Shown here: piece after piece, positions 9,651 to 22,369 of the stretch
Layout of the letters: every line of letters starts with the position of its first letter
Position numbering within the stretch: position 1 is the stretch's first letter
Origin: Acanthaster planci
Taxonomy: Eukaryota
Direction of reading: 5' to 3'
Assembly: GCF_001949145.1 (NCBI RefSeq)
Contig: NW_019091357.1
Location: forward strand, 2,214,114-2,278,113
Length of the DNA: 64,000 nucleotides
Made by a program: the position numbers and the translations under genes
The notes under the pieces: model-generated
Database searches by the model: none
What the model was told of the DNA's origin: nothing
What the model saw: the letters and a program-made list of their open reading frames with translations, nothing else

Positions 9651-12600
9651 GCAGTCTCAATGCTCACGTGTAAGTGCATGAGCTTTTCCATGTGCCCACA
9701 ACGAGGGGCGGAGTAAGAATCACAAAGAAGGCGGGAAAGGAGCTATCAGTACCGAAGTTGATAGTTATGTGTTTTGGTATTGCTGTGTGGCTCTTTGAGG
9801 GTCTTACCATCTCTTAATGAAGCTCTACATTCAACAAAAAACGAAATTAATCGTAGGCACTTCTGTCCCTGGGTTGGATAAGGACAGATATGCAGTCCAC
9901 TGGACACATCCGAAGAAAAAAATTCTCCCCCAGTAACACCCCTTTCCTGTCCACCAATCAACATTGTCCGTTACTCCAGCGTCTTATGCAAATGTGCCCA
10001 CTACCCGCATTTTGATTCCCCCCCCCCGAAAAACACAGGCACCTGTTAGAAGTACCCATTCCTTTCATTAATTCCTCTATCTGCCATCTCCCCCCCCCCA
10101 AAGACAAAGCCTGAACCCTACACCAAGCTCCCCCACCCGCACCCTCATTACCCTCCTCGGCACACCATATGCTGTCACAGAAGGGCTCCTGGCCACACCC
10201 CGAGACAATGGGTGTCCCACGTCCGCGCGTGCCGCTTGCGTGAATGTTTAATTAGCCGATGTTGTTCAGAGCACGGGGGATATTTTCACAAGCAAACAGG
10301 ATCCTTTGTTGCGGTGGCTGATTCCTTGGGTAAAGATACGCGAAAGGGATCGATCTCAAGTTAGACAGAGAGGGGGAATTACGCCACGTGTCGCGTATGA
10401 TCATGTCTCATAACAAGAAGACATTTAACTGTTTGAATGGACTAGATGTCTTTTTGTGTGTGAAGATTCCGTATCGTCCTTTGTGACTTTCCCAGTGCTC
10501 AGGGTATTGAGAATAAGATACTGCGACTGCTATCAAGCAGATAGCTATATTCTTGGGACAAAAATTATTAGGAAAACGACAATAGACTCTCAGCGTCACA
10601 GGGGAGTTGACTTATCAGTACACTGAATGCAGTGAACCATCTATTGACTGAAACTGGAAAGAAAGAAATAGACAGAGAGGGCAAAAAACCCATGGTGGAA
10701 AAACAGTTTCATTGTGCAAAAACATTGCAGTTATCAAGTGTTTTATCCATTGCCGAATTCTAAATCTTTGGATAAGTGTGAACAGTGGAATGTACGTGCA
10801 TTCATTACCAGCTGTTTTTGTTTGTTTGGGTTTTGTGGGAAATTCCCTGGGTCTATAATTATAAATTTAGTCAAGTGCTGGGTGACCGAGCGAGTCCTCT
10901 GATACCGTTCCATCAGAGTTCGGTAAATCGCCATCGTAAGATTTTATGGTGGCATCTCTTTTGGCCTGACCGTTCCCCTTGGAATCAGTCTCTTTGTTCT
11001 GCTCAAGCCGATGACCATTTTACTCTGGCCAGTTCCCACCCCCCTCGACTTTACACCAAACCCAACACAGGGGTCTCGCGCAAGCTCCGTACTGCCCCCC
11101 CCGCTTGCACGTGCTGGAGTGCACAGCGTCTTAAAGCTTCAGGGCTTGACGACAGACTGCCCAGAAACTGCATCTCTTTGTTCTTTGCAGGATAACAAAG
11201 AAATACCGAATCAAGTAAGACCACTGTCAGCCAAAAGGATTCCGGATGAACCTTGGAAAAAACGGAGAAATTGTGACCTTTATAAAATTTTTATTTCAAA
11301 AATTTATGGTTTTAAAGGGGGAATGCTCCAACGTGCGTACAAGACTTTAGTAATGGAATAAACACTATTCACATATTCCTTTCAAGAATATTTTGCTCGT
11401 TAAATATGTGTCTGTATGATTCCTTATCGCATTTGGGAATTCTGGAAATGATGTAAATGACTTGTAACTCGACATGCCGTCCATCGTACAGTTGATGTGA
11501 TTTACTAAAATTCTGAAAGTCCTCGTTTCCTAACCCATGCGTTCTTTATACATGGCTTCCCACTGCATTGGCTTGGCTTTAGTGGTCTCTTACCGCACGG
11601 TTGTCTCCATGTTATTTCTTTGTGTGGATGTCAAATCAGACTCAGTTTTTTTTTTCGAAGATGAAACCGGTAAGCTTCTTTTCCGACAACTTATACCGCC
11701 CTGCTTTGTAAATACACCACTCTTTGAAATCCAACCAACCGGCAGCGACGGCACTAAAGTTTATTTTAATTCCTTCCTCGCCGCAGTATGCCTATAAAAT
11801 GAAACTCGAGTCTTGCTACCCGCCTGACCAGGATTTTGCAGTTTATTGCTGGTATTTCAGCAGAAAAAAAGGCAGCGTAAGTTTGGAAAGCGGGGTTGTG
11901 AAGCCTGTGGGTCTACGACGGACTAGCTGGGACAAAAGACGGAGGCAAGCGGGTGCTAACTCGCAGGCTCCCACGGGAAGGCCGCCGCGCCGTCCATCGC
12001 TGCTTGCTGTGCCGGCCTATACCGGACATGCTGCGGTCTTGCTTGATGGCACACGGTCGCCCCAAACAGTGCGTGATGAGTGTGGTAATAAACAAGGACG
12101 AGGAATACCTAGACGGACAGAATGACGGAGTGACAGATTCATGAGTATCGGACCGAGAAAGACAAAAGAATTACGTTAAGAGACACCAAAATGCCTCATC
12201 AATTAAGTTTTTTTCTTCAGAAATTGAGCCACCTTGATTTTCGAGACGGAAATGAAGTGGACTTAAACTTCGACTTTCCTCTCTTTTGAAATGGCACAAT
12301 AAACATAACAAAGACTCTAAGCTCTAAACATAACTCGTTAATGAAATGGACAGTTCGAGCCAACCACTCAGGACTGTTGCCTCTTTGTGGCAAAGTCATA
12401 CCGGCTAAAGTTGATTTGCCAACCGAAACGTCTGGGGAAAAATGACACTCAGGACGACTCACTAACTGTAAGAGTTGAGAGGAGTGAAATTAATATGGGC
12501 ATTATTGTTGATAAAGTCCAAACGATGGCACCAAGGCGCTGAAATTTCACTCGGAAAAGTAGAGGTGATTCAGACCTTATTATTGTCTAAGTGTAACGAG

Positions 12601-13174
12601 TGGCTGGAATGAAAATAGAGTCATGAAAAGTTCACTTCTGGATGGAAGGCTAGGGAAACAAAGAACGGTCTACCATTTGGTCTACCCGAACAAACTGATC
12701 GGGGCTTGTTTGTGGTTATGTTTGTGGTCCTAGTCAGGACCGCATCTCGCTTATGAATATTGACCGGGTCTTTCTGGTAGCTGACGGGCACCGTGATGGC
12801 GAGCCATATGCCAAGGGACCAGACTCAGTCTTTGTCCCCCCCCTCCTCCTCGTCAGCTCGCTCTCCAAATCCCGGACTCCGTATGCGTCGCACCGGCACA
12901 CTGCCATCGCCGGAAACGACTGCAGCGAGCCCAGACAAAAGATTCCCCAGTGAAAATTTAAAAAAAAAGGACAGGGGTATTTGTGATGGCTCTTTGCAGC
13001 AAAGACGGAAAGAATTGTGTGAATGGGTGAGACAAGGGCCCGTATATTGATTATGTTGACAGAGGGGATTGGAAATTGTAGGGGTATCGGCGGGCTGAAC
13101 ACTGGAGTAGATGCGCTGAGAACTGTTTGAATATGTAGAGCAGACACGACCCGCACACGACTTGGTTGAGCGAC

Positions 13175-13315
13175 GACCAATCAGCGGGCGCCATGCCGCC
13201 TCAACACGAGTTCACGGCACGCGAATGCAATTAACGGACACTTGCATATGCGGGCTGGAGCAGATTCGGCCGTTTCGTTATAAAAAACGCCATATTCGAC
13301 GGAGAAGGCCTCACA
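13175..13315 (+). promoter_or_regulatory. Candidate promoter of the SPRY/SOCS-box gene (CCAAT box, TATA, Inr-like) in CpG-rich DNA
   Basis: GACCAATCAG at 13175, TATAAAAA at 13279 and CCTCACAT about 30 bp further on. Confidence 0.4.
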
Positions 13316-13591
13316 TCACATCGGCGGTCGCTCTGCGACGCGGAGCACAATGTAGCTCCCCGAATTGTGTCTCTGGGATGAAAAGCTGGCAGTGAAAACC
13401 TTGGGCCAGCAATGTGCCGGCACCAGGGTTGGAAACATCGGCGCATCAAACCTCCGGGAATTTCTGCCCGTTCGTCTTTTTGGCACGGGCGATAGCCGTA
13501 GCGCTGCGCACGGGAAAAAAAACCAACCACCTTGCTAACCGCTCCGCGCTTGTGCCTGCGCATTTTTAATCATCAACCCAAATTACCCAAA

Positions 13592-14338
13592 ATGGCGGCC
13601 GCCCCGCCGCTGCTGCACGAAGGATGTGAGGATTTCTGGTCTTGGAGCGCCAACGACAAGTCGCACGAGGTCAAACTCCAGGGTGCCCGGAACGAGACTG
13701 CCGTGTTCCACCCCAACTGGTCCAACGGCACGGCCGGGGTGCGGGGCACCCGGGTGCTGAACCGGGGCCGGTTCTACTGGGAGCTAAAGCTGTCGCACCG
13801 GGTATTCGGCACCAGTATGATGTTCGGCATCGGCACGAGGCGGACCCGGCTCCATGTCGACGAGTTCGTCAACATGCTTGGGGAGAACGACCAGAGCTGG
13901 GGGCTGTCCCACAAAGGGTTGCTGTGGCATGGGGGGACCTCCCGGCCCTTCACCGATCCCTTCCCCGAGAAACAGCCGACCACGCTGGGGCTCCTCTTTG
14001 ACGGGATCAAGGGGACGCTGACTTACTACAAGGACGGGGTGTGCCTGGGCGAGGCCTTCACGGGGCTGAACCGCTACACCTCCGAGCTGTACCCCTTCGT
14101 GTGTTCCACCGCAGCCAAGACGGAGATGACGCTGACCAACATGAGACGGGGTATGGTGTCTTTGGAGGACCGCTGCTGTGTTACTATAGCAACGCATCTT
14201 CGAAGCGAGAAGGAAGCAGGCGGGTTGCTTCTGCCGGCGATTTTGAGAAGCAATATTGCACGTGAGTGTTCCCGTCAGTCCCAAAACAATGACCCTTTGA
14301 CCCATCTGAAATCCTCATGCGGTGTAACATGGACATGA
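13592..14338 (+). CDS. SPRY domain-containing SOCS-box protein (SP555/SPSB3-like), single coding exon, 248 aa
   Basis: AAAATGGCG start. SPRY motifs FHPNWSNGTAGVRG, YWEL..RVFGTSMMFGIG, WGLSHKGLLWH, GLLFDG..GTLTYYKDG and LYPFVCSTAAKTEM. SOCS-box-like SLEDRC...I...L...LLLP..L. High GC3. Confidence 0.92.
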   Translation: MAAAPPLLHEGCEDFWSWSANDKSHEVKLQGARNETAVFHPNWSNGTAGVRGTRVLNRGRFYWELKLSHRVFGTSMMFGIGTRRTRLHVDEFVNMLGENDQSWGLSHKGLLWHGGTSRPFTDPFPEKQPTTLGLLFDGIKGTLTYYKDGVCLGEAFTGLNRYTSELYPFVCSTAAKTEMTLTNMRRGMVSLEDRCCVTIATHLRSEKEAGGLLLPAILRSNIARECSRQSQNNDPLTHLKSSCGVTWT

Positions 14339-17300
14339 CCAAACTGGGAACTGGAAATTTCGATCACCATCTATTTCAAAGACCCTTTTTTCTTGTTTGC
14401 ATATTTTTGTTTTGTTCGTCACAGACAACGCGGAGTTAATAATGTCAACATGAACACGCATCGATGTATAAAATGCTCTTTGACTGTTTTTCAATGTTGC
14501 CTACGCAGAGGCAATTTGAAAGTTCCTTTTTAACACTCATCAGTCGTCTGTTCCCGATGCCGCCGCCATCTTGGCCATTGTTATCAGTGACGTCATTTAA
14601 ACCCCGACATCTGTCACTACGAACATATTGAATTTGGAAACCCCGTGTGCAGACGACATGAGAATCGATAAAAACAGGTCGAGATGCGCGATGACTGCGC
14701 GAGGGTCTGAACACGTCCACCAAAGTATCGATTATTAAAATGAAACCAGTCTCGTGTTGCACAGAAATTGAGGGATAACAGCAAGCGGCCGATTCACGAG
14801 TTTTTCTCCCTTCTCAGAGGGGAAACATGGCCTCTTTGATCCCACTTCTATGAAATGACATTTAACAGGCACTAATTCCAACTGCGTCAGCGAAGACAGC
14901 ATTTTACACAACGCAGACATGCAGTGACTCTGTATCAACAAATTCGTTTCCATAGACCTGCAGTCGCACACAAGGTTCCCCGACCAGCATGAACTGTTTA
15001 CGAATGGTCCAAACACTAAACTTTCTTCATTTCCCGATAAACCCTGGCTATCTATCCATCAATGAAGAGTGGACTTTGGAATGGGATCATTTTCAGCTGC
15101 ATTGTATCACATTTCAAGACAGCTCATGTCGTGTTTTGGAACATGCTTTTTTACATGACCGTTGTGTGCGCTACAAGAGACTAATCATTGTTCCTTGGGT
15201 GGTGACATCGAGAACGGCCACAGCGCACGAGCACATTAATTGCACCTCTTTGTTCTCGCAACCATCAACATGGTAACAGACGGTACAATTCCCATGGTAA
15301 CAGGAGGGTATCCCGCGACCGTCACGTGACCCACCCGCTCACCACGACGAGGCACGGAACCACAATTCTTTGTTCCAGGGCTGGGGGGAAAATTCAGCGG
15401 GTCAGTAAAAACTTCGCCCGAATGACCGTGCCGTGTGGCCAGGCACCGGCTGTCGCATCGTGAACAGACAACGGGGTCGGTGATGATTGGACCACGCCAA
15501 GCGGAGCCAGGCCCCGCTAATAGTCCCTGCGAGCACGGTACACGCGACACCAGGGACACGGTTCGGCTCTCCGAGATCACGGGAGTCTGGCCAACCCCTG
15601 TCATCATCATCCAGGGCCTGACAGAGGGAGAGGAGGCAGGCCATTGGCTCCTTTGGAGGCAGGGTTCGTCCTACAACCAGGGATTGGTCCAGGTCCTCGT
15701 CGAGGAAGGTAAGGCGATGACTGGCGGAGCTTGAAGACACAAGACGAAGAAAAGGTTCTCCAGCCTGGGCAATGGTATGATGTCTGCTGTGTACACACAG
15801 GGTTTGCCACAATGGGTTCCTTGCTAGGAATCGCTTTTCATTTAGTAAATTTATCCGAAACAATTCCAACATTATGTTGGATGTCATAACAATTTGTCAA
15901 AATGTCCGAGCATTTTTTTTTCGGAGTTGAAAATAATGTTGCCTATCCCAGCATAATCAGACTGTTGTGTGGGTGATGACAATTATGGAAATTCTCTGTG
16001 CAATTTGTTTTAAATACACGTATGATCTTTTTCTGAAAACAGCGCAATGATGTTACGCAGCATTATGTAAATATTTCGCCCTATCTCGATAAGGTACTCA
16101 TTTTTATTTCGTTCGTGTAAAAATCCTGACAAAAATTGTTGAAATATTTTTCTAACTCTTAAGATCTTACTATTTTGACCGTAGCATGGTTGTGAAAGTC
16201 AAAAGTGTTCAACCAACAACTCATATCAGTTAACGTAGATTAGAAGACTTTGTGGTGACGAAATTGTCTTACTGTGTGTACTTATTTAGTACATTTTGTG
16301 CATGACGTGAGACCGATTTTTCCCCATTACCGTGGAGTAATTATTTAACTTAATATCATTAAGCCGGATGTGTTCTGTAAAATAACTCAACTTATCTGCT
16401 GAATAGAGCTAGAAATTTTGATTCGTTTATTGTATTCACGTTGACTGTAATCATAGGCGCCGCTGATAAAATTCCGACGACTCTTTCGTGTATAAGAATT
16501 CGGTATTTGTTTTGGAATGAATCTGCCACGCCTTATTTGTACAGTTCTGCAGTGCTGTTTTTTCTTAACCACGGCAAAGTCTTCGTGTAGAGCTTGATCA
16601 TTACTTCATTTACGTAAGTGTTGACGTGGTAGTGCACGACACGGTAAGTTCACGCTTCGGTTCGTCTTAGGCTGTGACTTTGCATATCTGTCAATCAATT
16701 TGTCGGTTCAGAGCGAGTAGAAGAAATGTACATTGATGCGTCTGTGTCAACGAGGCAGCGAGTCTAAAAATAAGCCCTGCACTCATCCGTTGTGAGCAAT
16801 CAACTCATTACAAGTAGATCTAGGTCTGTAGACGTTTACTCAAATGTAAAAAACATAATAATAATGAAAAAATCACAAAAAAGAAGGAACGGGGGCACCA
16901 CAATAAAGCAACATTTAGAGAGAGATGTTAATCATAAGACAAAGATTATGCGACTCTTGTTTGAACCTGGAGCGCCCTCTCTTCATTGTAGCAAGACACG
17001 AATCTGGATAGTCTACATAATGATAGAATTTTGTTTTTTTGGGGGGGGGTGCGGTTCAGCGAGTATTGCAAAGGACACGGATTTTTTTAATGTTGAAACA
17101 GCAGAATTACATGTAGGCCCTAGTTTTGCGGCAATTACGCTGTTTCCTCGCTCGATCAAAACACACAATCTCCAAACACAACAGTGCTTGAGTAAATGAA
17201 ATCTACAGAGGGCGCACCGGCTTTGAACAAGTGTTACGTCACCATTGAAAAACAGTATTATTTTATCAGAGACTAGTGTTTTATTAGAGAAACCACATAC

Positions 17301-18745
17301 TGCCTGTGTATAGTGTGTCTGCTCGACAAGTCAGACTTACTTTAACCCGCTCAAACGCTGCCTATAACCGAAGTAGAGATTAACATAACTAGACAACTAG
17401 CTTAACTAATCATAGTATTGAGTATAGTTTAGAGATCATTAGCGGTCTATAGTAATGGAAATGGTAATAACACTCAGGTCAATGGTGTAAACAGCTGCCG
17501 AGAAAAAACTGCAATCATCTCATTCATAATCAGATTCGAAGACTTGGATAAATTACACCATTGTGAGGTGAGTTCGGAGTATTCGTAAAATCGGTACGCT
17601 GTCATCGGCACTATCTTCTGTCAAACAATGAACGGCATGTATTTAAATATTGCATTTAGTAACTGAAATACAGATATAATTCTCGTGTAGTTCATGTTGC
17701 TAATAAGTATGTGCTGAGCAGCTGCTTCATGGCTGTTATCATCTACGCTTTATTAAACACGTGGTGCTTTATATTTTCACTTTAATACCGGGATTAAGGC
17801 GCAGTACTGAGCGAGGTCGAATGCTTGCCTATCGTTCACTGTTGTTGAGTCACGTGTGAGTGACGTCACGTCACTCAACAAGTGACCACGTCACGTGATG
17901 AGTAACATGTAGACTTGTTGGCGCAACACGTGCACACGATTACAGCAAACGATAGCCGGGTAATCAAATGTGCTCATAATTCTTTAGAGTAGAATTTAAA
18001 TTAAGTTTATTCAACTAATGTAAATAGCAATCAATATTACTAGTAATAATAGCTAGTATGAAATACGAAACTATTGTTACGAGTTGTAAGGCCGGGAAGG
18101 TGCAATATTAAACTAATATCTTTGTCAATCTATGTGAATTTGTATAATCACATATATTATCGTGCGAGAATACATTCCAAAATGTTGTAGCGTCAGTGAA
18201 AATGTAGTAATCTTTCTACCAGTTGATTTGTGGTAAAATGTGTGTAGTTTCTCGGCTGTGATTTTAGTGACTGTATTAGACTCTTGTCGTAAACATTTAT
18301 CCTCCTATTTGTGGTCATTTCTGTTATAGACTATAAACATTTCGTATGTCTCCGCTACGTTGTGCTATTCTTCTTATTAGATATAGAAATACAATGTACT
18401 ATATTATTCGTTACTTTGACAGGCGGTTTGTTTGCGAATGACTTTTATTCCAGAGGTGCATGGAGGCAGCAGATGTTTGAATCCTTCTGGCACAAAATTC
18501 GATCTCTCGCAAACCAGCTTAGCAAACTTCTTGTTTCTTGTAACTTAATCCTTCATTAAGAACCACTGTTGTAAATAGTAATTTATCAATACTTCACGAA
18601 GCTATGGATTCTTGCTATTCTGAATGTAGTGCATCTTTGACTTGCTTCCTGCGAAAACATGCAGGCACAGTCATGTGAACAGCATAGGTGTATTCATTAT
18701 TATGCGAGTAGATTAGACACTAAAATGAGCAAATGTATTCAATAT

Positions 18746-18762
18746 AAACAACAACAACAACC

Positions 18763-18850
<88 letters not shown>

Positions 18851-18866
18851 GCAACAACAACAACAA
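18746..18866. repeat. (CAA)n microsatellite, ~40 units
   Basis: Direct reading. Confidence 0.98.
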
Positions 18867-19180
18867 TTGTTTATGGATTTGATTCAATCGTAAACGCTGT
18901 GTATTTACCGTTTTCATTGTCGCATGGAAATCTCTGTTTTGTTTCCACGCATTTGCTGAACACTAATGTGTGCTTAAGGTAACAATGAGAAACAAATCCA
19001 CTGGATGTGTTCGTGCTCGCACACCGTTTGCAGACGTTTCAAAATAGGAATTGTCTGAAAAGGGCAAGGTGTTCCCCCTGATTTTGACAGTTTGCGAATG
19101 TATGTTTCTACGAATTATCAAAAATATTAAAAGTCCTCTTTTATTAAATTAAGCTCAATAGTTTTGAATGTACCGTGTAT

Positions 19181-19380
19181 TAAGTCCTTTTCACTGAATG
19201 TATGTTCACCTGTACGTTACAGAATATTATGTAAGAGTCTCATTGTTAAATTATTTCGATCTTATTTATTCAAAGGTCTCATAAGAGGCAGTAAACCCTT
19301 TTCATTGAATTCATATCCATTTGTAAATTACAGAATCTGCATGCAAAAGCCTAATTGCTGAATTATTTTTATTCTATTTA
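19181..19380. repeat. Diverged tandem duplication, period ~110 bp
   Basis: CCTTTTCAYTGAAT...TTACAGAAT...ATTGYTRAATTATTT...TATTTA occurs twice. Confidence 0.65.
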
Positions 19381-21792
19381 TGAATATTTCAATACCACTT
19401 ATATTAAGAAGGCTCACTTCCTGGAACTATAATTTTTTTTCTGAAAAAAAAAGGTCTTCTTTCAACTGATTATTTATACTAGTATTTATAATGATTGATT
19501 TCTGATAATCAACCTGAGATGCGGTCATTCTGAGCCTGGTTAAGGTGACACGTATGACCCATCTGAGAACCTGCCGTTACAATTGCCATTTGGAGTAGAA
19601 ATGAGTGTTGCTTTCTTTCGTTGATTGTGAATAAAGTGTAATTTTTTTTTTGGTTAGAAACCCTACTACCGTTCCTGCCGTTGTGCTGTTTTTGTTGCGT
19701 TGACTTGATCTTTTAGTCTAGGTACAGGTAATCGAGGGAAAAAAATGCTTTTTGGTAGATGACTGAGAGTTATCATTCTCATCTTTTATCTCCAGCGTTT
19801 TAACAGTCAGCAGCAAACCACGATAGTTGAGCAAAGTCGCTGCCTAGAGATTGCTTGGCTATACGGCTGGTGATGACATTCAGTTCAGTGGGAAATGACC
19901 GCAGCCGCTGGGCAGCGCCGGCATCTGCATGCGCACGTTACTTTCAACCGAACATAGCCAAGGGGAATGTTCGAGCGTCATACGATCACTGGGTGATTTT
20001 CCCAGGTAACCTTTATACAGAACGTGCGTTTTGGATACCAGGCAAAACCGACCAGAGGTTGAGAAATTGTCCCTCTCAACCTACCCAAAGTCACTCTGAG
20101 AGGGCCTCGGCCTGACAATTGCAATCGCAGCGCCCCCTGTAGTTAGAGAAATCAGATAACCATAGATAGACGAGATGTGGCTGGGTGGAGATTGGGGGGT
20201 CTGCCGTTTGCTTGCACAGTGAATGAATAACATTTCTGAAAGTGGAAAGGGTTAAAAACAATGGTGGATCCTCTCCAATCACAATCCCAGACCGTGCTCA
20301 AACGGGCAAATCGTCGAGGCGTAAAAATGGCAGAAACTGAAGCCGATGTCTGCTCTTTGTACTAAGTCGCCTATTTGCCGACCAGCGGTCGGTAAAGCAC
20401 AGTAATGTACCCAGGCCTTGAATCGCCGGGGGGGGGGGGGCTGGGCAAAATGGGATTTTGTTTGTCATCCCTAAGATACGCCACTGCTACAAATATGGGT
20501 CGTAGTCAGTACAAACGAACAACTCACTACCTGTCGTTTACTAACATCCGAGTCAGCTACCACTAACCACCACGGAAGGCGACTCTCTATGAAAGGACTG
20601 GGAAACAAATGTAGAGTTAGGGGTAAAATTCGACGAGGTTTACATTTCTCCAAACTGTGACAATACATACGAATAATATCAATGTAGCATGCAAAAGAAG
20701 AGGCGTTTAACAAAGCGAATACCGACAGACACAGGCACAACATCAAAAACGCACAGACTCAAAACAGCGCCCTCTGGTGAATGTTTCCTCTTTTATTCAA
20801 ACACAGCATGGGACTAATCGTTTCATTCGACAGATTTTGGGGACCCAAAATAATTGCTGTTTATTTCCACAACCACCAGCAAGAGCATAGTATCTTGACG
20901 ATACTTTAAAAATAACAAAAGGGTAAACTTTTCCGTTTACCTTCTATGCCAAAGAATAACTTGGGACACTCTAATAAATGTCTTCGAAATTCCACCGGGA
21001 GGGATTTTCTCGGGGCGGGACAGGGAGGAGGGTCTTTTAAGTTTTATCACCACAAGCTCTCACTTGCTCTGCTCCCAATAAAAACAGTTTATTACAGATG
21101 GCTCAGATATAGAATTACGAAAAATAAATAAAATTAGGAGGTTTATGATGTGGGCCACTAGTATCATTCTGAATCTGCCTATTGATTAGTTACTTGGAAA
21201 TCCTTTGCCAGACAGCTGGTCAAATGTGTTGAAAACCCAATTCTCTTCCTCCCTACGGTGAATTTCCAAACCTTAACTTGTCTCCGTGAATGGCTTTAGA
21301 TTCATGATATCAGTCAGCAGAAACTACATTCAACTTGTCTTGTCTGAGGCCAGAGTTTGGGGGAGTTTGATTTGTGACCGGATCTCTCAAAGTTGCGTCT
21401 AACGGCCACTTTTTTTCAATAAAATTGTTTTAGTCTGCATTCGCAAGAGCAAACTGAACTCTTTTGCTTCCGTGTGTGAGTTTGGCTTCCCGATGAAAAT
21501 GGACAAAATGAGGGTGAACATGTTGAGGGTCTATAATTGATTGGCACGATGCAAGATTCTTCTAACGACCTGTCACTCAAGGGTGGCTTAGGCGACTCAT
21601 ATCGTCAGAATGGGTCACATTGGGTTTCAGTGGAAAACATGTGAGAACAAATATTGAGTCTGAGATCTGAGATAGGGACGAACGAGATGAAGTTGAAACT
21701 TGATATATATTCCTACGTGCTAAGACCCTTGGTTTGCAAGGATGTTGGCCTTGTACAGCTTGTCAAAGCTGGACGCACCCCCCCTCTCTATC

Positions 21793-22014
21793 CTATGTAC
21801 TGGGACTTTTGGTCTGCAGGGCGTCGGCCATGAACAGCTTGCCGAAGCTGGACGCCGCCATGCGGTTGATCTCTGAGGTGTAGTTCTTCATCTGGCCGGC
21901 CATCAGCAGGCTCTCCAGTCGCAGCGGGGGCTGGGGGGGCTTGAAGAGCTTGGACAGGTCTTCCTCGGGGAGCGGGGGCTCGCCTCTCTGCTGCCTGGCT
22001 TGGTTCTCTTGTTG
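21793..22014 (-). CDS. EIF3H: eIF3 subunit H, exon 7 (last; [30 protein letters not shown]...[16 protein letters not shown])
   Basis: Characteristic eIF3h C-terminus. Acceptor CCACAG| at 22015, 222 nt, TAG stop. Confidence 0.95.
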   Translation of the reverse strand, partial: QQENQARQQRGEPPLPEEDLSKLFKPPQPPLRLESLLMAGQMKNYTSEINRMAASSFGKLFMADALQTKSPST

Positions 22015-22369
22015 CTGTGGCGACATGGACGACAAGAGCCGACTTACAATCAGACGGGCACACGAAAAAAAAAATGCTTGCCTGACACACGAGAATAATA
22101 CTACAGCGACTCCAGACTCAAAAAACCACACCACGACTTGTACATGACTTAAAGTCGTTGCTGACCCTGTCAGGGACAGGTTACCAGTTAGAGCTTCGAA
22201 GTAAAACAACTTTCTTTTCTCCAACCCACTTCTTGTTCAAAACAACATTAAGCCCCTCTCCCTTTTGGATTCCCTCACAAAATTTGGCCACAGGAGTGCA
22301 CAAAGATGGACATACACGAAGCATCGCCTGCGACGCCAACCTCTGAGAGATCTGCCTCGGACAACTCAC

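Noticed and set aside
13642..14305. Alternative-frame and antisense ORFs over the SPRY gene
   Set aside because: Expected by-product of high GC3 coding sequence.
18659..18982. Poly-Thr and poly-Leu ORFs
   Set aside because: Translations of the (CAA)n microsatellite.
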